Below are positions 27,449-38,018 of a stretch of DNA of 56,207 nucleotides, piece after piece. Under the pieces are notes generated by a model. It saw only the letters and a list, made by a program, of their open reading frames with translations. It was not told the origin of the DNA and did no database searches. Source of the stretch: Candidatus Methylarchaceae archaeon HK02M2 (GTDB lineage Archaea > Thermoproteota > Nitrososphaeria > Nitrososphaerales > JACAEJ01); assembly GCA_024256165.1 (NCBI GenBank), contig JAKLZG010000027.1, positions 1-56,207 of the forward strand, read 5' to 3'. The translations under genes were made by a program, and so were the position numbers. Every line of letters starts with the position of its first letter. The stretch's first letter is position 1.

Positions 27449-28220
27449 CTTTCTAGATTTTATAGTTCAAGAAGTTCAAAAGATAATAGAAAAGGGTTAT
27501 TATGATATCCCAGATAATGGAAGGAAAGTTCATAAGAGTTTAAAGAATGCTATCAAACTTTGTAAGAGGGCACCTATAATAGCTGAGATCAAGCCAGCTT
27601 CCCCATTAAAAGGTATACTAAGAGAGAAGATGAAGGTAAAGGAACTAGCACTTGCTATGGAAAGGGGAGGGGCGGTGGGCATATCTGTACTTACTCAACC
27701 AACTCATTTCAGGGGTTCGTTACAAAATATAACTACGGTTAGAGAACTACTGAATCTACCACTTTTAATGAAAGACTTCATAATAAGTCCAATTCAGATT
27801 GAAGCTGCTGAAAAGATAGGTGCAAATGCCATTCTATTAATTAAGTCGATATTTGATCGTGAATTGAGTTCAAAAAGTTTACATGAGATGATCGAAATTG
27901 CTAAGTCGAAAGATATTGAAGTCTTACTAGAAGTTCATAGTGAAGCTGAATTCCAGTCGTCCCTTCAAACTGAAGCTGACATGATTGGGATAAACAATAG
28001 AGACTTATCAAGTTTGAGCGTTAGTTTTGAAATTACAAAAAGAATTTTGAGTAAGATCGGAGATGGAGGACGGATAATAATAAGCGAGAGCGGAATAGCC
28101 ACTCCTGACGATGTAAGGTTGCTATATAATTTAGGTTCACGCGCATTTCTTGTAGGTACGGCTATAATGACTAATAATGATGTTGAGGTCAAGGTCCGTG
28201 AACTAGTTGAGGCAATATAA
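27441..28220 (+). CDS. trpC: indole-3-glycerol-phosphate synthase
   Basis: IAEIKPASPLKG motif. The ATG at 27441 (MADFLDF..) overlaps the trpD stop. The ORF track's alternative start is 27402. Confidence 0.9.
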   Translation: MADFLDFIVQEVQKIIEKGYYDIPDNGRKVHKSLKNAIKLCKRAPIIAEIKPASPLKGILREKMKVKELALAMERGGAVGISVLTQPTHFRGSLQNITTVRELLNLPLLMKDFIISPIQIEAAEKIGANAILLIKSIFDRELSSKSLHEMIEIAKSKDIEVLLEVHSEAEFQSSLQTEADMIGINNRDLSSLSVSFEITKRILSKIGDGGRIIISESGIATPDDVRLLYNLGSRAFLVGTAIMTNNDVEVKVRELVEAI

Positions 28221-28221
28221 A

Positions 28222-28851
28222 ATGGTAAAAGTAAAAGTGTGTGGTATTACAAATGAGAGAGACCTTGAAGATGCAGTATCTGCAGGGGCAGATGCATTAG
28301 GTTTTATTATAGACGTGAAATCATCACCAAGAAGTTTAACTATAGATAGAGCAAGAGAATTAATGAGTAAGGTACCGATATTTGTTAGCTGCGTAGTTGT
28401 AACGGTTGTAAATAATTTAGATAAACTTATCATAATACATGATAAGTTAAAACCTGAACACATTCAGATACATGGTGACATTAGTTTACCTAATGTATTT
28501 TGTAAAACACGTCTAATAAAGGCTATAACTTTGAAACCTGACAGACCTATGAAAGCTTTGAATGATTTAGAAGATTTTGACGCCGTACTTATTGACTCTT
28601 ACCTCGAAGGTAAGCATGGTGGAACGGGAATAATCAATGATTTTTACATATGTACAAGAGTAAGGGAGACAATAGATCCAAAGCCCTTGATATTAGCCGG
28701 AGGATTAAACCCTGAAAATGTAGAGAAAGCTATTAGAATAGTTAAACCTTTTGCAGTAGATGTCTGCAGTGGGGTTGAGTTATACCCAGGTATAAAGGAT
28801 CATAAAAAAGTTCACGATTTTATAAAAAACGCAAAGAGGGTTATTGTTTGA
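28222..28851 (+). CDS. trpF: phosphoribosylanthranilate isomerase
   Basis: [11 protein letters not shown]-terminus. GAGG lies 8 nt upstream. Confidence 0.9.
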   Translation: MVKVKVCGITNERDLEDAVSAGADALGFIIDVKSSPRSLTIDRARELMSKVPIFVSCVVVTVVNNLDKLIIIHDKLKPEHIQIHGDISLPNVFCKTRLIKAITLKPDRPMKALNDLEDFDAVLIDSYLEGKHGGTGIINDFYICTRVRETIDPKPLILAGGLNPENVEKAIRIVKPFAVDVCSGVELYPGIKDHKKVHDFIKNAKRVIV

Positions 28852-30047
28852 TAGGTTTTAAGAATCCAATAAATGGGAAATATGGGAGATATGGAGGGCG
28901 ATTTGTTCCAGAGACTCTAATGAGTGCTATTCTTGAGCTAGAGAAAGCTTATTCGAGGTTAAAGGACGACCCAGACTTCAAAAATGAACTTGAATATTAT
29001 CTCTCAGAATATGCAGGAAGACCAACCCCATTATATTTCGCTAAAAACTTGACAAAAGAGGTGGGCGGTGCAAAAATCTACCTCAAGAGAGAAGACTTGT
29101 TACATGGGGGCGCTCACAAGATTAACAACACAATCGGTCAAGCTCTTATGGCAAGAAAGATAGGTAAAACAAGAGTTATCGCGGAGACAGGAGCTGGACA
29201 ACATGGTGTGGCTACTGCAATAGCATCTGCAGTCCTTGGTTTGAAAGCTGAAATCTATATGGGTACTGAAGACATCGAACGCCAAAAGCTAAATGTCTTT
29301 CGAATGAAATTATTGAATGCCAAAGTCCATCCAGTTAAATCAGGATCGAAAACGTTAAAAGATGCAATAAATGAAGCTCTCAGAGACTGGGTAACGAATA
29401 TTCAAAATACATATTATCTAATTGGCTCTGTTGTAGGACCTCATCCCTACCCTATGATAGTAAGAGACCTTCAGAGTGTCATAGGAAGAGAGATAAAGTC
29501 ACAGATAATGAAAAAAGAGCAAAGATTGCCAGAAGCTTTAGTTGCTTGTGTAGGAGGAGGAAGTAATGCAATAGGTACTTTTTACCCTTTTATAAATGAT
29601 CTCTCTGTTAAGCTATATGGGGTTGAGGCAGCAGGTCAAGGTATAGGGTCAGGTAAGCATGCCGCTTCACTTTGCGCTGGTTATGAGGGTATTTTACATG
29701 GGATGCTCACTCACTTTCTTCAAGATGAAAATGGTCAGATATGTACGACTCATAGCATATCAGCAGGACTCGATTATCCTGGAGTTGGACCTGAACATTC
29801 TTACTTAAAAGTGATAAATAGAGCTGAGTACTCGAGCGTAACAGATAGTAAAGCTATTGAAGCCTTCCTTAAATTGTCTAAAACTGAAGGTATAATCCCT
29901 GCTTTAGAACCATCCCATTCCTTAGCCTTTGCTATTGAGTTAGCAGGAAGTATGAAGAAAGATGATTGTATTATTTTAACTCTATCCGGCCGGGGAGACA
30001 AGGATGTCCAAGTCGTCTCAGATTTTCTTAAAGTGAAGGGCAAATGA
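28848..30047 (+). CDS. trpB: tryptophan synthase beta chain (TrpB1 type)
   Basis: [25 protein letters not shown]. Confidence 0.95.
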   Translation: MIGFKNPINGKYGRYGGRFVPETLMSAILELEKAYSRLKDDPDFKNELEYYLSEYAGRPTPLYFAKNLTKEVGGAKIYLKREDLLHGGAHKINNTIGQALMARKIGKTRVIAETGAGQHGVATAIASAVLGLKAEIYMGTEDIERQKLNVFRMKLLNAKVHPVKSGSKTLKDAINEALRDWVTNIQNTYYLIGSVVGPHPYPMIVRDLQSVIGREIKSQIMKKEQRLPEALVACVGGGSNAIGTFYPFINDLSVKLYGVEAAGQGIGSGKHAASLCAGYEGILHGMLTHFLQDENGQICTTHSISAGLDYPGVGPEHSYLKVINRAEYSSVTDSKAIEAFLKLSKTEGIIPALEPSHSLAFAIELAGSMKKDDCIILTLSGRGDKDVQVVSDFLKVKGK

Positions 30048-30853
30048 GTCTAGAGAAAACCTTTAAAAAACTTAAAGAAGAAAGAGAGGGTGCCCTAATC
30101 AGCTATATTATGGGTGGAGATCCCCGACCTGACCTGACCCCAAAGATCGCTAGGGCTTTAGTAGAAAATGGGACAGATATCTTAGAATTGGGGATGCCTT
30201 TTTCTGATCCTATTGCAGATGGTCCAACAATACAAGAAGCGAATCAAAGGGCATTGAGCTCTGGGACAACCCCTCGAATAGTTCTAGACTTAGCTAATGA
30301 GATAAAAGACGAACTTGATATTCCTATTGTTATTCTTACCTATTATAATCCGATCTTTAGAATGGGATTAAAAAAATTCTTCGATATTGCTAAAACGAAT
30401 AAAGTCGACGGAGTTATTGTTCCAGATCTACCAGTAGAAGAAGCACAAGATTATAAGCTTATAGCCGATATGCATGGATTGGATACCATATTTCTTTCTT
30501 CTCCTTCAACATCGATTGATCGATTAGAAAAGATCATCAAATACACTTCAGGATTCCTTTATTTAATATCCCTTTTTGGAGTAACTGGAGCAAGAAAGGA
30601 ACTTCAACAATCAACAATCCAGATTGTTAAGAAAATTCTCCCCTATACTAAAGGAAAAATACCTATTGCTGTAGGTTTTGGTATTTCTCAATCACATCAT
30701 ATCCATAGCATCATAGAAGCAGGTGCTGATGGAGTTATAGTTGGTAGTGCTTTTGTAGAAATAATCAAGAGAAGTAGCTCTGTAAATAGTATGTTGAATA
30801 AAATTAAAAAATATACGAGTGAATTGAAAAGAGCTACAATGCAAAAAGTTTGA
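30044..30853 (+). CDS. trpA: tryptophan synthase alpha chain
   Basis: [18 protein letters not shown] motif. Confidence 0.95.
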   Translation: MSLEKTFKKLKEEREGALISYIMGGDPRPDLTPKIARALVENGTDILELGMPFSDPIADGPTIQEANQRALSSGTTPRIVLDLANEIKDELDIPIVILTYYNPIFRMGLKKFFDIAKTNKVDGVIVPDLPVEEAQDYKLIADMHGLDTIFLSSPSTSIDRLEKIIKYTSGFLYLISLFGVTGARKELQQSTIQIVKKILPYTKGKIPIAVGFGISQSHHIHSIIEAGADGVIVGSAFVEIIKRSSSVNSMLNKIKKYTSELKRATMQKV

Positions 30854-31077
30854 TATTTGAATTATTATAAATGAATAAATCAATGATTAGATTATTTATA
30901 AAATATATAATCAATCTTGTTGAAAGCTTCGTAAAAAAAGATTTAAATATAAATATCTAATTTTCCTTCTAAAAGAGGCGATACACTTTATTTATTATAG
31001 ATTGCCAATATTTTGCTTAAAAAACTCTATAGATGTCATAATTCCTAGTTCAAGATTTGTTTCTAAAAGGTGATTTT

Positions 31078-32292
31078 TTGAAGAAACCGATAATTGTAGT
31101 AAAATTCGGTGGTTCAGTTTTAATGAATGAAAAGAGCGTGAAAAAAGCTGCTGATATGATAAAATCTGAAGTTGAAAAAGGTTCAAGAATTGTTGTAATT
31201 GTATCAGCTCTCAAGGGTCAAACTGATGAGCTTCTTAATTTAGTAAAGAAAATAGCCCCTAATCTTTCGGCTTCTGACCTTGATGAGATATTAGCAATGG
31301 GTGAAAAGACAAGCGCTAGAATCATGTCAGCAGCCCTTACTTCGAGAGGTTTGGATTCTTGTGTTATAGATACAGAATCTCCCAATTGGCCTATTATCAC
31401 TGATGACAAGTATGGCAATGCCGATCCTTCATTTGATGAAACTAAAAAAGCGGTGGATAAAAATTTGCTTTCATTAATAGAATCTGGTAAAATACCTGTC
31501 ATATGTGGGTTCATAGGTAAAAATAGAGCCAATAAAGTAACAACTATGGGTAGGGGAGGTAGTGACACTACAGCTGTGCTATTGGGTAGTTGTCTAAATG
31601 CAAAGGAGGTAGTACTAGTAAAAGATGTAGGTAATATACTTACTGCCGATCCATCAAAAGTAAATGGTTCTGTGCCGATCGATGTTCTTGATCCTGAGGA
31701 AGCCTATATACTTGCAGCTGGAGGAGCGAAGATACTTCAAAACAAGGCTCTTAGATATAAAAATGATGATCTCATTGTTAGAATACTAAGTCTTAATAAT
31801 AAGAGTCTTACCTTAGGAGGAACTGTAATTGGAAAAGGCTCTCTTGGTTACGAGTTTGAATGCTACGATAGACCTATAACTATGGTGACTATAGTAGGTA
31901 AAGAGGCATCTGATTCAAGATCGTTAATATTAATTATGGACGAGGTACAAAGATCAGGTGGTGATATAATTTCAATCACATCCGATGAAAAATCATCTAT
32001 CGTATATATATCTAATGGACGAAAAATATTGAACATATTGCATGAATTGCTAGTTGAGAAAAAGATCGGTAAAGCCGTAAGCTCTTTTGAGAACTTATCT
32101 TTAATATCGATCAGAGGAAGGGAGTTAGAGACAAATCCAGGAATTATTCAACGCTTTATAACCCCTTTGGCCGATCAAGGAATAAATATATATGGTTTAG
32201 TCACTATAAGTTCATCCCTTAAACTCTTCATATCAAATAATGAAACGGAGAAGGCTCTCACATTACTTAGAAGAACATTAAAAGGAGAGTGA
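31078..32292 (+). CDS. ask: aspartate kinase with C-terminal ACT domains
   Basis: VVKFGGSVL and GRGGSDTTA motifs, two ACT-like repeats. TTG at 31078 is preceded by GGTGAT. The ORF track starts 7 codons earlier. Confidence 0.85.
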   Translation: MKKPIIVVKFGGSVLMNEKSVKKAADMIKSEVEKGSRIVVIVSALKGQTDELLNLVKKIAPNLSASDLDEILAMGEKTSARIMSAALTSRGLDSCVIDTESPNWPIITDDKYGNADPSFDETKKAVDKNLLSLIESGKIPVICGFIGKNRANKVTTMGRGGSDTTAVLLGSCLNAKEVVLVKDVGNILTADPSKVNGSVPIDVLDPEEAYILAAGGAKILQNKALRYKNDDLIVRILSLNNKSLTLGGTVIGKGSLGYEFECYDRPITMVTIVGKEASDSRSLILIMDEVQRSGGDIISITSDEKSSIVYISNGRKILNILHELLVEKKIGKAVSSFENLSLISIRGRELETNPGIIQRFITPLADQGINIYGLVTISSSLKLFISNNETEKALTLLRRTLKGE

Positions 32293-32449
32293 AGACAAAG
32301 GTATTGGGCGTAACTAGAATGATAGATCAGAGTTATCTATACTTTTTAGTGAACAATCCCTGGTTTCAAAGAGATCCCAGTATTCTTTGGTTACATTTCC
32401 TAAGCCATAAGGGAAGGTTCAGGTTTATCAATATCAAGATGATGTAGGG

Positions 32450-33253
32450 ATGGTCACAGGAAAAAATATTCGTCTAGAAAGACTTACTAAAAATGGTAAA
32501 ATGATATGTATACCAATGGACCATGGTGTTACAATAGGACCGGTAAAAGGTCTTACGGATATGGATGATATGATTAAAAAGGTCCATAAAGGAGGAGCAA
32601 CGGCAGCATTAGTTCATAAAGGGATAATCAAATCATTGAAAGAACCCCCGAAAATAGGTTTAATAATGCACCTTTCTGCTAGTACAAATCTTTGTTTAAC
32701 ACTCAATAGAAAGATGAAGATTGGATTTGTTGAAGAGGCTGTAAGGCTTGGAGCCGACGCAGCCTCAATACATGTTAACATAGGATGTAACGAAGAGCCT
32801 GAGATGCTCGAAGTATTGGGGAACATAGCCAATGATTGTGATATATTTAATATGCCTCTTATGGCTATGATGTACCCAAGAGGGGAGAATATAAAAGACC
32901 CGAATGATCCATCTACAATAGCCCATGTAGCAAGGATAGGAGCCGAGCTTGGTGCTGATATCATTAAGACTATCTACACTGGTGATCAAGATTCGTTCAA
33001 GACAGTCATCGAAGGATGCCCCGTGCCCATAGTTATAGCTGGAGGACCAAAGTGTGAAACAAGTCGTGATGTATTGGAGATGGCATATGGATCGATAAAT
33101 GCAGGCGCTATTGGTGTTGCATTTGGTCGGAATATTTTCCAACATGATCATCCTGAAGCCATAGTACGTGCACTTGATATGATAATCATGCAAGGTAAGA
33201 GCATAGAAGAGGCTCTGGAGGTGTTAAAGTATGGTTCTAGAAACAATGGATAG
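32450..33253 (+). CDS. aroA': 2-amino-3,7-dideoxy-D-threo-hept-6-ulosonate (ADH) synthase, class I aldolase family
   Basis: FbaB/DeoC-like: PMDHGVTIGP, ADIIKT Schiff-base region. Directly followed by DHQ synthase II. Confidence 0.8.
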   Translation: MVTGKNIRLERLTKNGKMICIPMDHGVTIGPVKGLTDMDDMIKKVHKGGATAALVHKGIIKSLKEPPKIGLIMHLSASTNLCLTLNRKMKIGFVEEAVRLGADAASIHVNIGCNEEPEMLEVLGNIANDCDIFNMPLMAMMYPRGENIKDPNDPSTIAHVARIGAELGADIIKTIYTGDQDSFKTVIEGCPVPIVIAGGPKCETSRDVLEMAYGSINAGAIGVAFGRNIFQHDHPEAIVRALDMIIMQGKSIEEALEVLKYGSRNNG

Positions 33254-34313
33254 AGAAATCATACTCGTATTGCCAGATGATAAAAATATTACATCTAAAA
33301 TAATACAGACAGCTATTGAAAATAATATTAATTCTTTTTTCTGTGATCCAGAACTGATCGACAATACTATACGTAGGAAAGTGAAGGTATACTCCTCTTC
33401 AGATAAGGGAGATGTGATATTGTTGGACTCTCTGCAAAAAGCAGTAGATGTCAATAAAATGGGAAAAGAATTCGCTTTAAAGATTAAGATTACACAAAAA
33501 GCAGATGAAAGTATCGTTGTAAATGCTTCCGAGCAAGGAGCAATGGGCGTCTTTATTGAAACTGAGGATTGGAAGATTATACCCTTGGAGAATTTGGTTG
33601 CTCAGTTACATAAGAAAGATACAAAATTATTTGCTAAGATAGATTTTTTAGAGGAAATTCAGACTATGTTCGGTGTGCTCGAGCTAGGTGTAGATGGTAT
33701 AATATACACTCCAAAAAGTCCTGATGATTTAAAAAGTCTTTTGAGCCTTCTTTCGTTACCAAAGAGCCTTGAGTTGGTACCAGTCAAGATAACAGAAGTA
33801 AAGGATATTGGCATGGGAGATAGGGCTTGTATCGATACTGCATCTATGCTTGAAATCGATGATGGAGCACTTATAGGAAGTCAATCAAGTTTTTTCTTCT
33901 TAATTCGGAGTGAAGCGATAGCATCAAAATTTTCTGCTCCAAGACCTTTTCGTATCAACGCTGGAGCAGTCCATAGTTACATACTTCTCGCAGATGCTAG
34001 CACAAAGTACCTCTCTGAAATAGAAGCAGGAGATGAAGTTCTTATAGTTAACAGTAAAGGCATAACGAAATCGGCGATAGTTGGAAGGTCAAAGATAGAG
34101 AGAAGACCCTTGCGCTTATTAAAAGCAATTTATAATAATCTTAAAGCAAGCATACTTGTCCAGAATGCAGAAACGATAAGGCTAGCTGGAAAAAAAGGCG
34201 AATTGATTTCAGCTACAGAAATAAAGCCTAACGATGAAGTTCTTGCTTATGTTCAAGAAGTTACGGGTAGGCATTTCGGCATTCAAGTGAACGAACATAT
34301 CTTAGAAAAGTAG
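33231..34313 (+). CDS. aroB': 3-dehydroquinate synthase type II (archaeal)
   Basis: 360 aa, with position and composition typical of the family. GGAGGTG lies 7 nt upstream of the ATG. Confidence 0.8.
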   Translation: MVLETMDREIILVLPDDKNITSKIIQTAIENNINSFFCDPELIDNTIRRKVKVYSSSDKGDVILLDSLQKAVDVNKMGKEFALKIKITQKADESIVVNASEQGAMGVFIETEDWKIIPLENLVAQLHKKDTKLFAKIDFLEEIQTMFGVLELGVDGIIYTPKSPDDLKSLLSLLSLPKSLELVPVKITEVKDIGMGDRACIDTASMLEIDDGALIGSQSSFFFLIRSEAIASKFSAPRPFRINAGAVHSYILLADASTKYLSEIEAGDEVLIVNSKGITKSAIVGRSKIERRPLRLLKAIYNNLKASILVQNAETIRLAGKKGELISATEIKPNDEVLAYVQEVTGRHFGIQVNEHILEK

Positions 34314-34319
34314 AGCCTT

Positions 34320-35009
34320 TTGAAATTAATTAACAGACAAGTAAAGATATGCACCGCGATAGGTGTAAAAGATACATACTTGCTTAAGGAGAAGGTAGAA
34401 GAAGCTCTTGTTTCTCACTCAGATCTGATAGAAATAAGGATAGATTACTTCGACAAAATTGATTTTTTATATATAAAAAAAGTCATTAAAGGATACGAAA
34501 AAAGAGTCATATTGACATGTAGAGCAAGAAGTGAGGGTGGTAAGTTCAAGGAAAGTGAAATAGAAAGACAAAAAATATTGATAAAACTAGCAAAGTTTAA
34601 ACCCGCGTATATCGATATCGAGTTAAGTCTAGCTCAAAGTAAGCCTGAACTTATAGATATTATAAGAAAGTCGGGAGTTTTATTAATCATATCTTGGCAT
34701 GACTTCAGAGATACGCCTCCTTTTCAAATATTAAAAAATACCTTCAATAAAGCAAAATTCTTAGGAGATTTAGTAAAAATTGTACCTATGGCAAATAATT
34801 TTATGGATAATCTTTCTATCCTAAAACTATATGAAATCTCAGAGCTAGATAGGCTAATAGCATTCTGTATGGGTGAGAAGGGGCAGATTTCTAGAATACT
34901 TTGCCCACTCTTCGGTAGCCCCTTTACTTATGCCTCTCTCTCAAACTTACCAACCGCACCTGCCCAAATAACGATAAAAGAGTTAAGAGAGTTTTATGGT
35001 TTATTTTAA
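34320..35009 (+). CDS. aroD: 3-dehydroquinate dehydratase type I
   Basis: 229 aa. IEIRIDYF and SWHDF motifs. Confidence 0.85.
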   Translation: MKLINRQVKICTAIGVKDTYLLKEKVEEALVSHSDLIEIRIDYFDKIDFLYIKKVIKGYEKRVILTCRARSEGGKFKESEIERQKILIKLAKFKPAYIDIELSLAQSKPELIDIIRKSGVLLIISWHDFRDTPPFQILKNTFNKAKFLGDLVKIVPMANNFMDNLSILKLYEISELDRLIAFCMGEKGQISRILCPLFGSPFTYASLSNLPTAPAQITIKELREFYGLF

Positions 35010-35862
35010 TTGGAGAATTAACAGTAAAACACAGCTGTATTGTGTAATAGGTCATCCTGTAGAAACCTCACTCTCACCTATAATGCAGAATGAAGCTTTT
35101 CGTGCTAAAAATCTTGATTATGTCTACCTCGCATTTGACGTTGAGGACTTAGAACAGGCTATTATTGGTTTAAAGGTTTTAGGGGTGAAAGGTTTCAACG
35201 TCACTATGCCCCATAAAGTTTCTATAATCAATTTTCTTGACAAAATAGATGAAAGTGCATCATTAGTAGGTGCTGTAAATACTGTAGTGAACCATGATGG
35301 CGACTTGATAGGTTATAATACGGATGTAGATGGAGTAGTATCGGCGCTTAAAACTGTCACTAATTCATTACTTGGTTCAAGAGCCTTATTAATAGGTGCT
35401 GGTGGAGCTGCTAGGGCATGTATAGTAGCTTTAGTATCTTTAGGTTGTAATGAAATTGTTGTACTAAATCGCACACTTGACAAAGCGAAATCAATGATAA
35501 AAGAATTGAGTAAAAAGTTGGATATGATTTGTGCTGTTGGAGAGCTTACGTCGAGTTCTTTAAAAAGAGCCATGAGTTCAATTAATATTCTTTTAAATGC
35601 GACTCCTATTGGTGCATATCCAAAATTGAATGAGAGTATAATAAAACCAGAATTTTTCAGGGTTAAGGATATTGTAGTCTTTGATGTTGTCTATAAACCG
35701 AAGAAGACGAAGTTAATTAAGGATGCTGAAAGAGTGGGAGCTAAGATAATCCCTGGTTATGAGATGTTCGTAGGACAAGGTGCTAAATCATTTAAGCTTT
35801 GGACTGGAATAAATGCACCGATTGAAATAATGAAGAAAGCTGTCTTGGAGGTTCTCGAATGA
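34996..35862 (+). CDS. aroE: shikimate dehydrogenase
   Basis: VIGHPVETSLSPIMQN, GFNVTMPHK, GAGGAARA. Confidence 0.95.
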   Translation: MVYFNWRINSKTQLYCVIGHPVETSLSPIMQNEAFRAKNLDYVYLAFDVEDLEQAIIGLKVLGVKGFNVTMPHKVSIINFLDKIDESASLVGAVNTVVNHDGDLIGYNTDVDGVVSALKTVTNSLLGSRALLIGAGGAARACIVALVSLGCNEIVVLNRTLDKAKSMIKELSKKLDMICAVGELTSSSLKRAMSSINILLNATPIGAYPKLNESIIKPEFFRVKDIVVFDVVYKPKKTKLIKDAERVGAKIIPGYEMFVGQGAKSFKLWTGINAPIEIMKKAVLEVLE

Positions 35863-36725
35863 AGGGGAAAGGTTTTGCTTTTGGAGCTGTTTCTATAGTG
35901 AACGCAATCGCAACTGGAAAAGGAGCTGCTCTAGGGATTCGATTGAAGACTGAAGCTGAAGTCGAGCTTATAGAAGGTTCTGAAGAAATCGATATCAAAA
36001 TCGTGGGGTGTGATTGTGAAAGAGATAAAACTTTGGGAAAATATATTGTTAAGGAAGTATTAGCACATTTTGGGCATAAAAATTACGGAGCGAAAGTAAC
36101 GACCAAATCCGAGATACCGATCGGTAAAGGTCTAAAGAGTTCAAGTGTAGCTGCAAATGCGATCGTTTTAGCAATAGTTTCATCTTTAAGAGAAGAGTTG
36201 GATGATTTTACATTAATTAATTTAGGCGTAAATTCTTCCATTAAGGCTGGTGTGACGATAACTGGTGCTTTCGATGATGCTTGCGCATCATTCTTTGGGG
36301 GTTTGGTTGTAACAGATAACAAAGATCGTATAATAAAAAGAAGAGAGATCCTTATGGAAAAAAATTGTATTTTAATATATGTCCCACCTGAAAAAGCATA
36401 TACAAAAGATGTTGATGTGATTATGCTCAATAATTTTAAATCTCTCTTTGAAGAAGCCAATTTAATGGTTATGAGAGGAAAATATTGGGATGCAATGGTT
36501 TTAAATGGTCTAGCTTGCTCAACTGCATTGGGATTCAGCACAAAGCCAATGATTAGTGCACTCTCGGCAGGGGCTATATGTGCAGGTCTATCAGGTACTG
36601 GACCGGCCGTAAGTGCAGTCTGCTCTTCAGATAAAGTTGACGATATCATATCAGTCTGGTCGAATCTCCCTGGAGAAGTTATATCTACGAGGATAAATAA
36701 CGAAAAAGCAAGGATGGTTGATTGA
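35859..36725 (+). CDS. aroK: archaeal GHMP-type shikimate kinase
   Basis: IPIGKGLKSSSVAANA GHMP motif. GGAGGT SD. Confidence 0.85.
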   Translation: MKGKGFAFGAVSIVNAIATGKGAALGIRLKTEAEVELIEGSEEIDIKIVGCDCERDKTLGKYIVKEVLAHFGHKNYGAKVTTKSEIPIGKGLKSSSVAANAIVLAIVSSLREELDDFTLINLGVNSSIKAGVTITGAFDDACASFFGGLVVTDNKDRIIKRREILMEKNCILIYVPPEKAYTKDVDVIMLNNFKSLFEEANLMVMRGKYWDAMVLNGLACSTALGFSTKPMISALSAGAICAGLSGTGPAVSAVCSSDKVDDIISVWSNLPGEVISTRINNEKARMVD

Positions 36726-38018
36726 TTGACAGCTATAAAGATATTCCCTAGTGAACTTAATGGTAATGTTTATACTCCACCAAGCAAGAGTTATACACAC
36801 AGGTCAATAATCCTCTCTAGCCTTACTTCTGGGAGATCGATCGTTAAAAACGCTCTTATCTCAAGGGATACTCTGGCTTCAATAAAGGCATGTTCAGCTT
36901 TTGGCGCTTTTATAGATCATAAAAATAATGATCTTAAAATAAAAGGAAATCCAGACCTAACAACACCTGAGAATGTTATAAATGTAGAGAATTCAGGGAC
37001 TACTATGCGGTTTATAACGTCTATAGCATCATTAGCTCCAGAAGGCTACTCGATAATTACTGGTGATGGGAGCATCAGGTCAAGGCCTATGCAACCCTTA
37101 CTTTCAGCATTATGGAGTTTGGGTGTAGACTGTTTTTCATCACGTAAAAATGGACTTCCTCCTATTATTGTGAAAGGTGGAGGCATACAAGGTGGAGAGA
37201 CTACGATAAAAGGAGATATATCATCCCAATTTATATCTTCACTATTGGTCGCAACACCAAAAGCTAAAAGTCCGACATCTATAATAGTTCGTGGAAAGAC
37301 AGTATCCAGACCTTATATAGATGCGACTTTAACTATGATGAAATTATTTGGTGTAGATATTTCATATGAGGATTATAGAAAATATACTATCCCATCAAAT
37401 CAAGAATACCATTGTGTAGGGTTTAAGGTACCAGGAGACTTTAGTTCTGCATCTTTATTAATGGCATGCGCATTACTAGCTGGTAAAAAAGTGACTATAA
37501 AAAATCTGAACTTCAATCTACCTCAAGCAGATATGCGTATTGTTGATATATTGGAAAAAATGGGAGCCGATTATAGTATCGATAGATCAAAGGGTACAAT
37601 AACTTTATCAAAAGGTTATAATTTAAAAGGCGGGGAATTTGATTTATCAGACTCCCCTGACTTACTCCCAGTTTTATCAGTAGTCGCTCTAAAGTGTAGA
37701 GAAAAGACGTTCATAAAAGGTGTTGAGCATGCTAGGTTCAAAGAGACGGACAGAATCTCCATATTAGCTAATGAATTGAGGAAATTTGGTGTTGATATAC
37801 AAGAGTTGAGAGACGGGATGTTGATACAAGGTAGTGAGGAATTGAAGAGCTGCTCATTAGATGCACATGATGATCATCGACTTTTCATGGCTTTCTGTGC
37901 AGCATCTATGGCTTCATCTGGACCTTGCACTGTAGAAGGTGTAGAATCAGTCGATGTATCTTACCCTGATTTTATTAGAGACATGAAATCATTAGGAGCA
38001 AAAATAGAGGGCGTATAA
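36726..38018 (+). CDS. aroA: 3-phosphoshikimate 1-carboxyvinyltransferase (EPSP synthase)
   Basis: NSGTTMRF, KETDRI motifs. Confidence 0.95.
   Translation: MTAIKIFPSELNGNVYTPPSKSYTHRSIILSSLTSGRSIVKNALISRDTLASIKACSAFGAFIDHKNNDLKIKGNPDLTTPENVINVENSGTTMRFITSIASLAPEGYSIITGDGSIRSRPMQPLLSALWSLGVDCFSSRKNGLPPIIVKGGGIQGGETTIKGDISSQFISSLLVATPKAKSPTSIIVRGKTVSRPYIDATLTMMKLFGVDISYEDYRKYTIPSNQEYHCVGFKVPGDFSSASLLMACALLAGKKVTIKNLNFNLPQADMRIVDILEKMGADYSIDRSKGTITLSKGYNLKGGEFDLSDSPDLLPVLSVVALKCREKTFIKGVEHARFKETDRISILANELRKFGVDIQELRDGMLIQGSEELKSCSLDAHDDHRLFMAFCAASMASSGPCTVEGVESVDVSYPDFIRDMKSLGAKIEGV

Noticed and set aside
36083-36649. 188-aa ORF antisense to aroK. Similar long antisense ORFs occur at 38486-38995 (in aroC), 11249-11866 (in the thermosome gene) and 14288-14788 (in the ACT regulator gene).
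   Set aside because: The opposite strand encodes strongly recognisable conserved proteins in each case. The antisense translations are low-complexity Ser/Ile/Leu/Phe-rich with no motifs, as expected for shadow ORFs.
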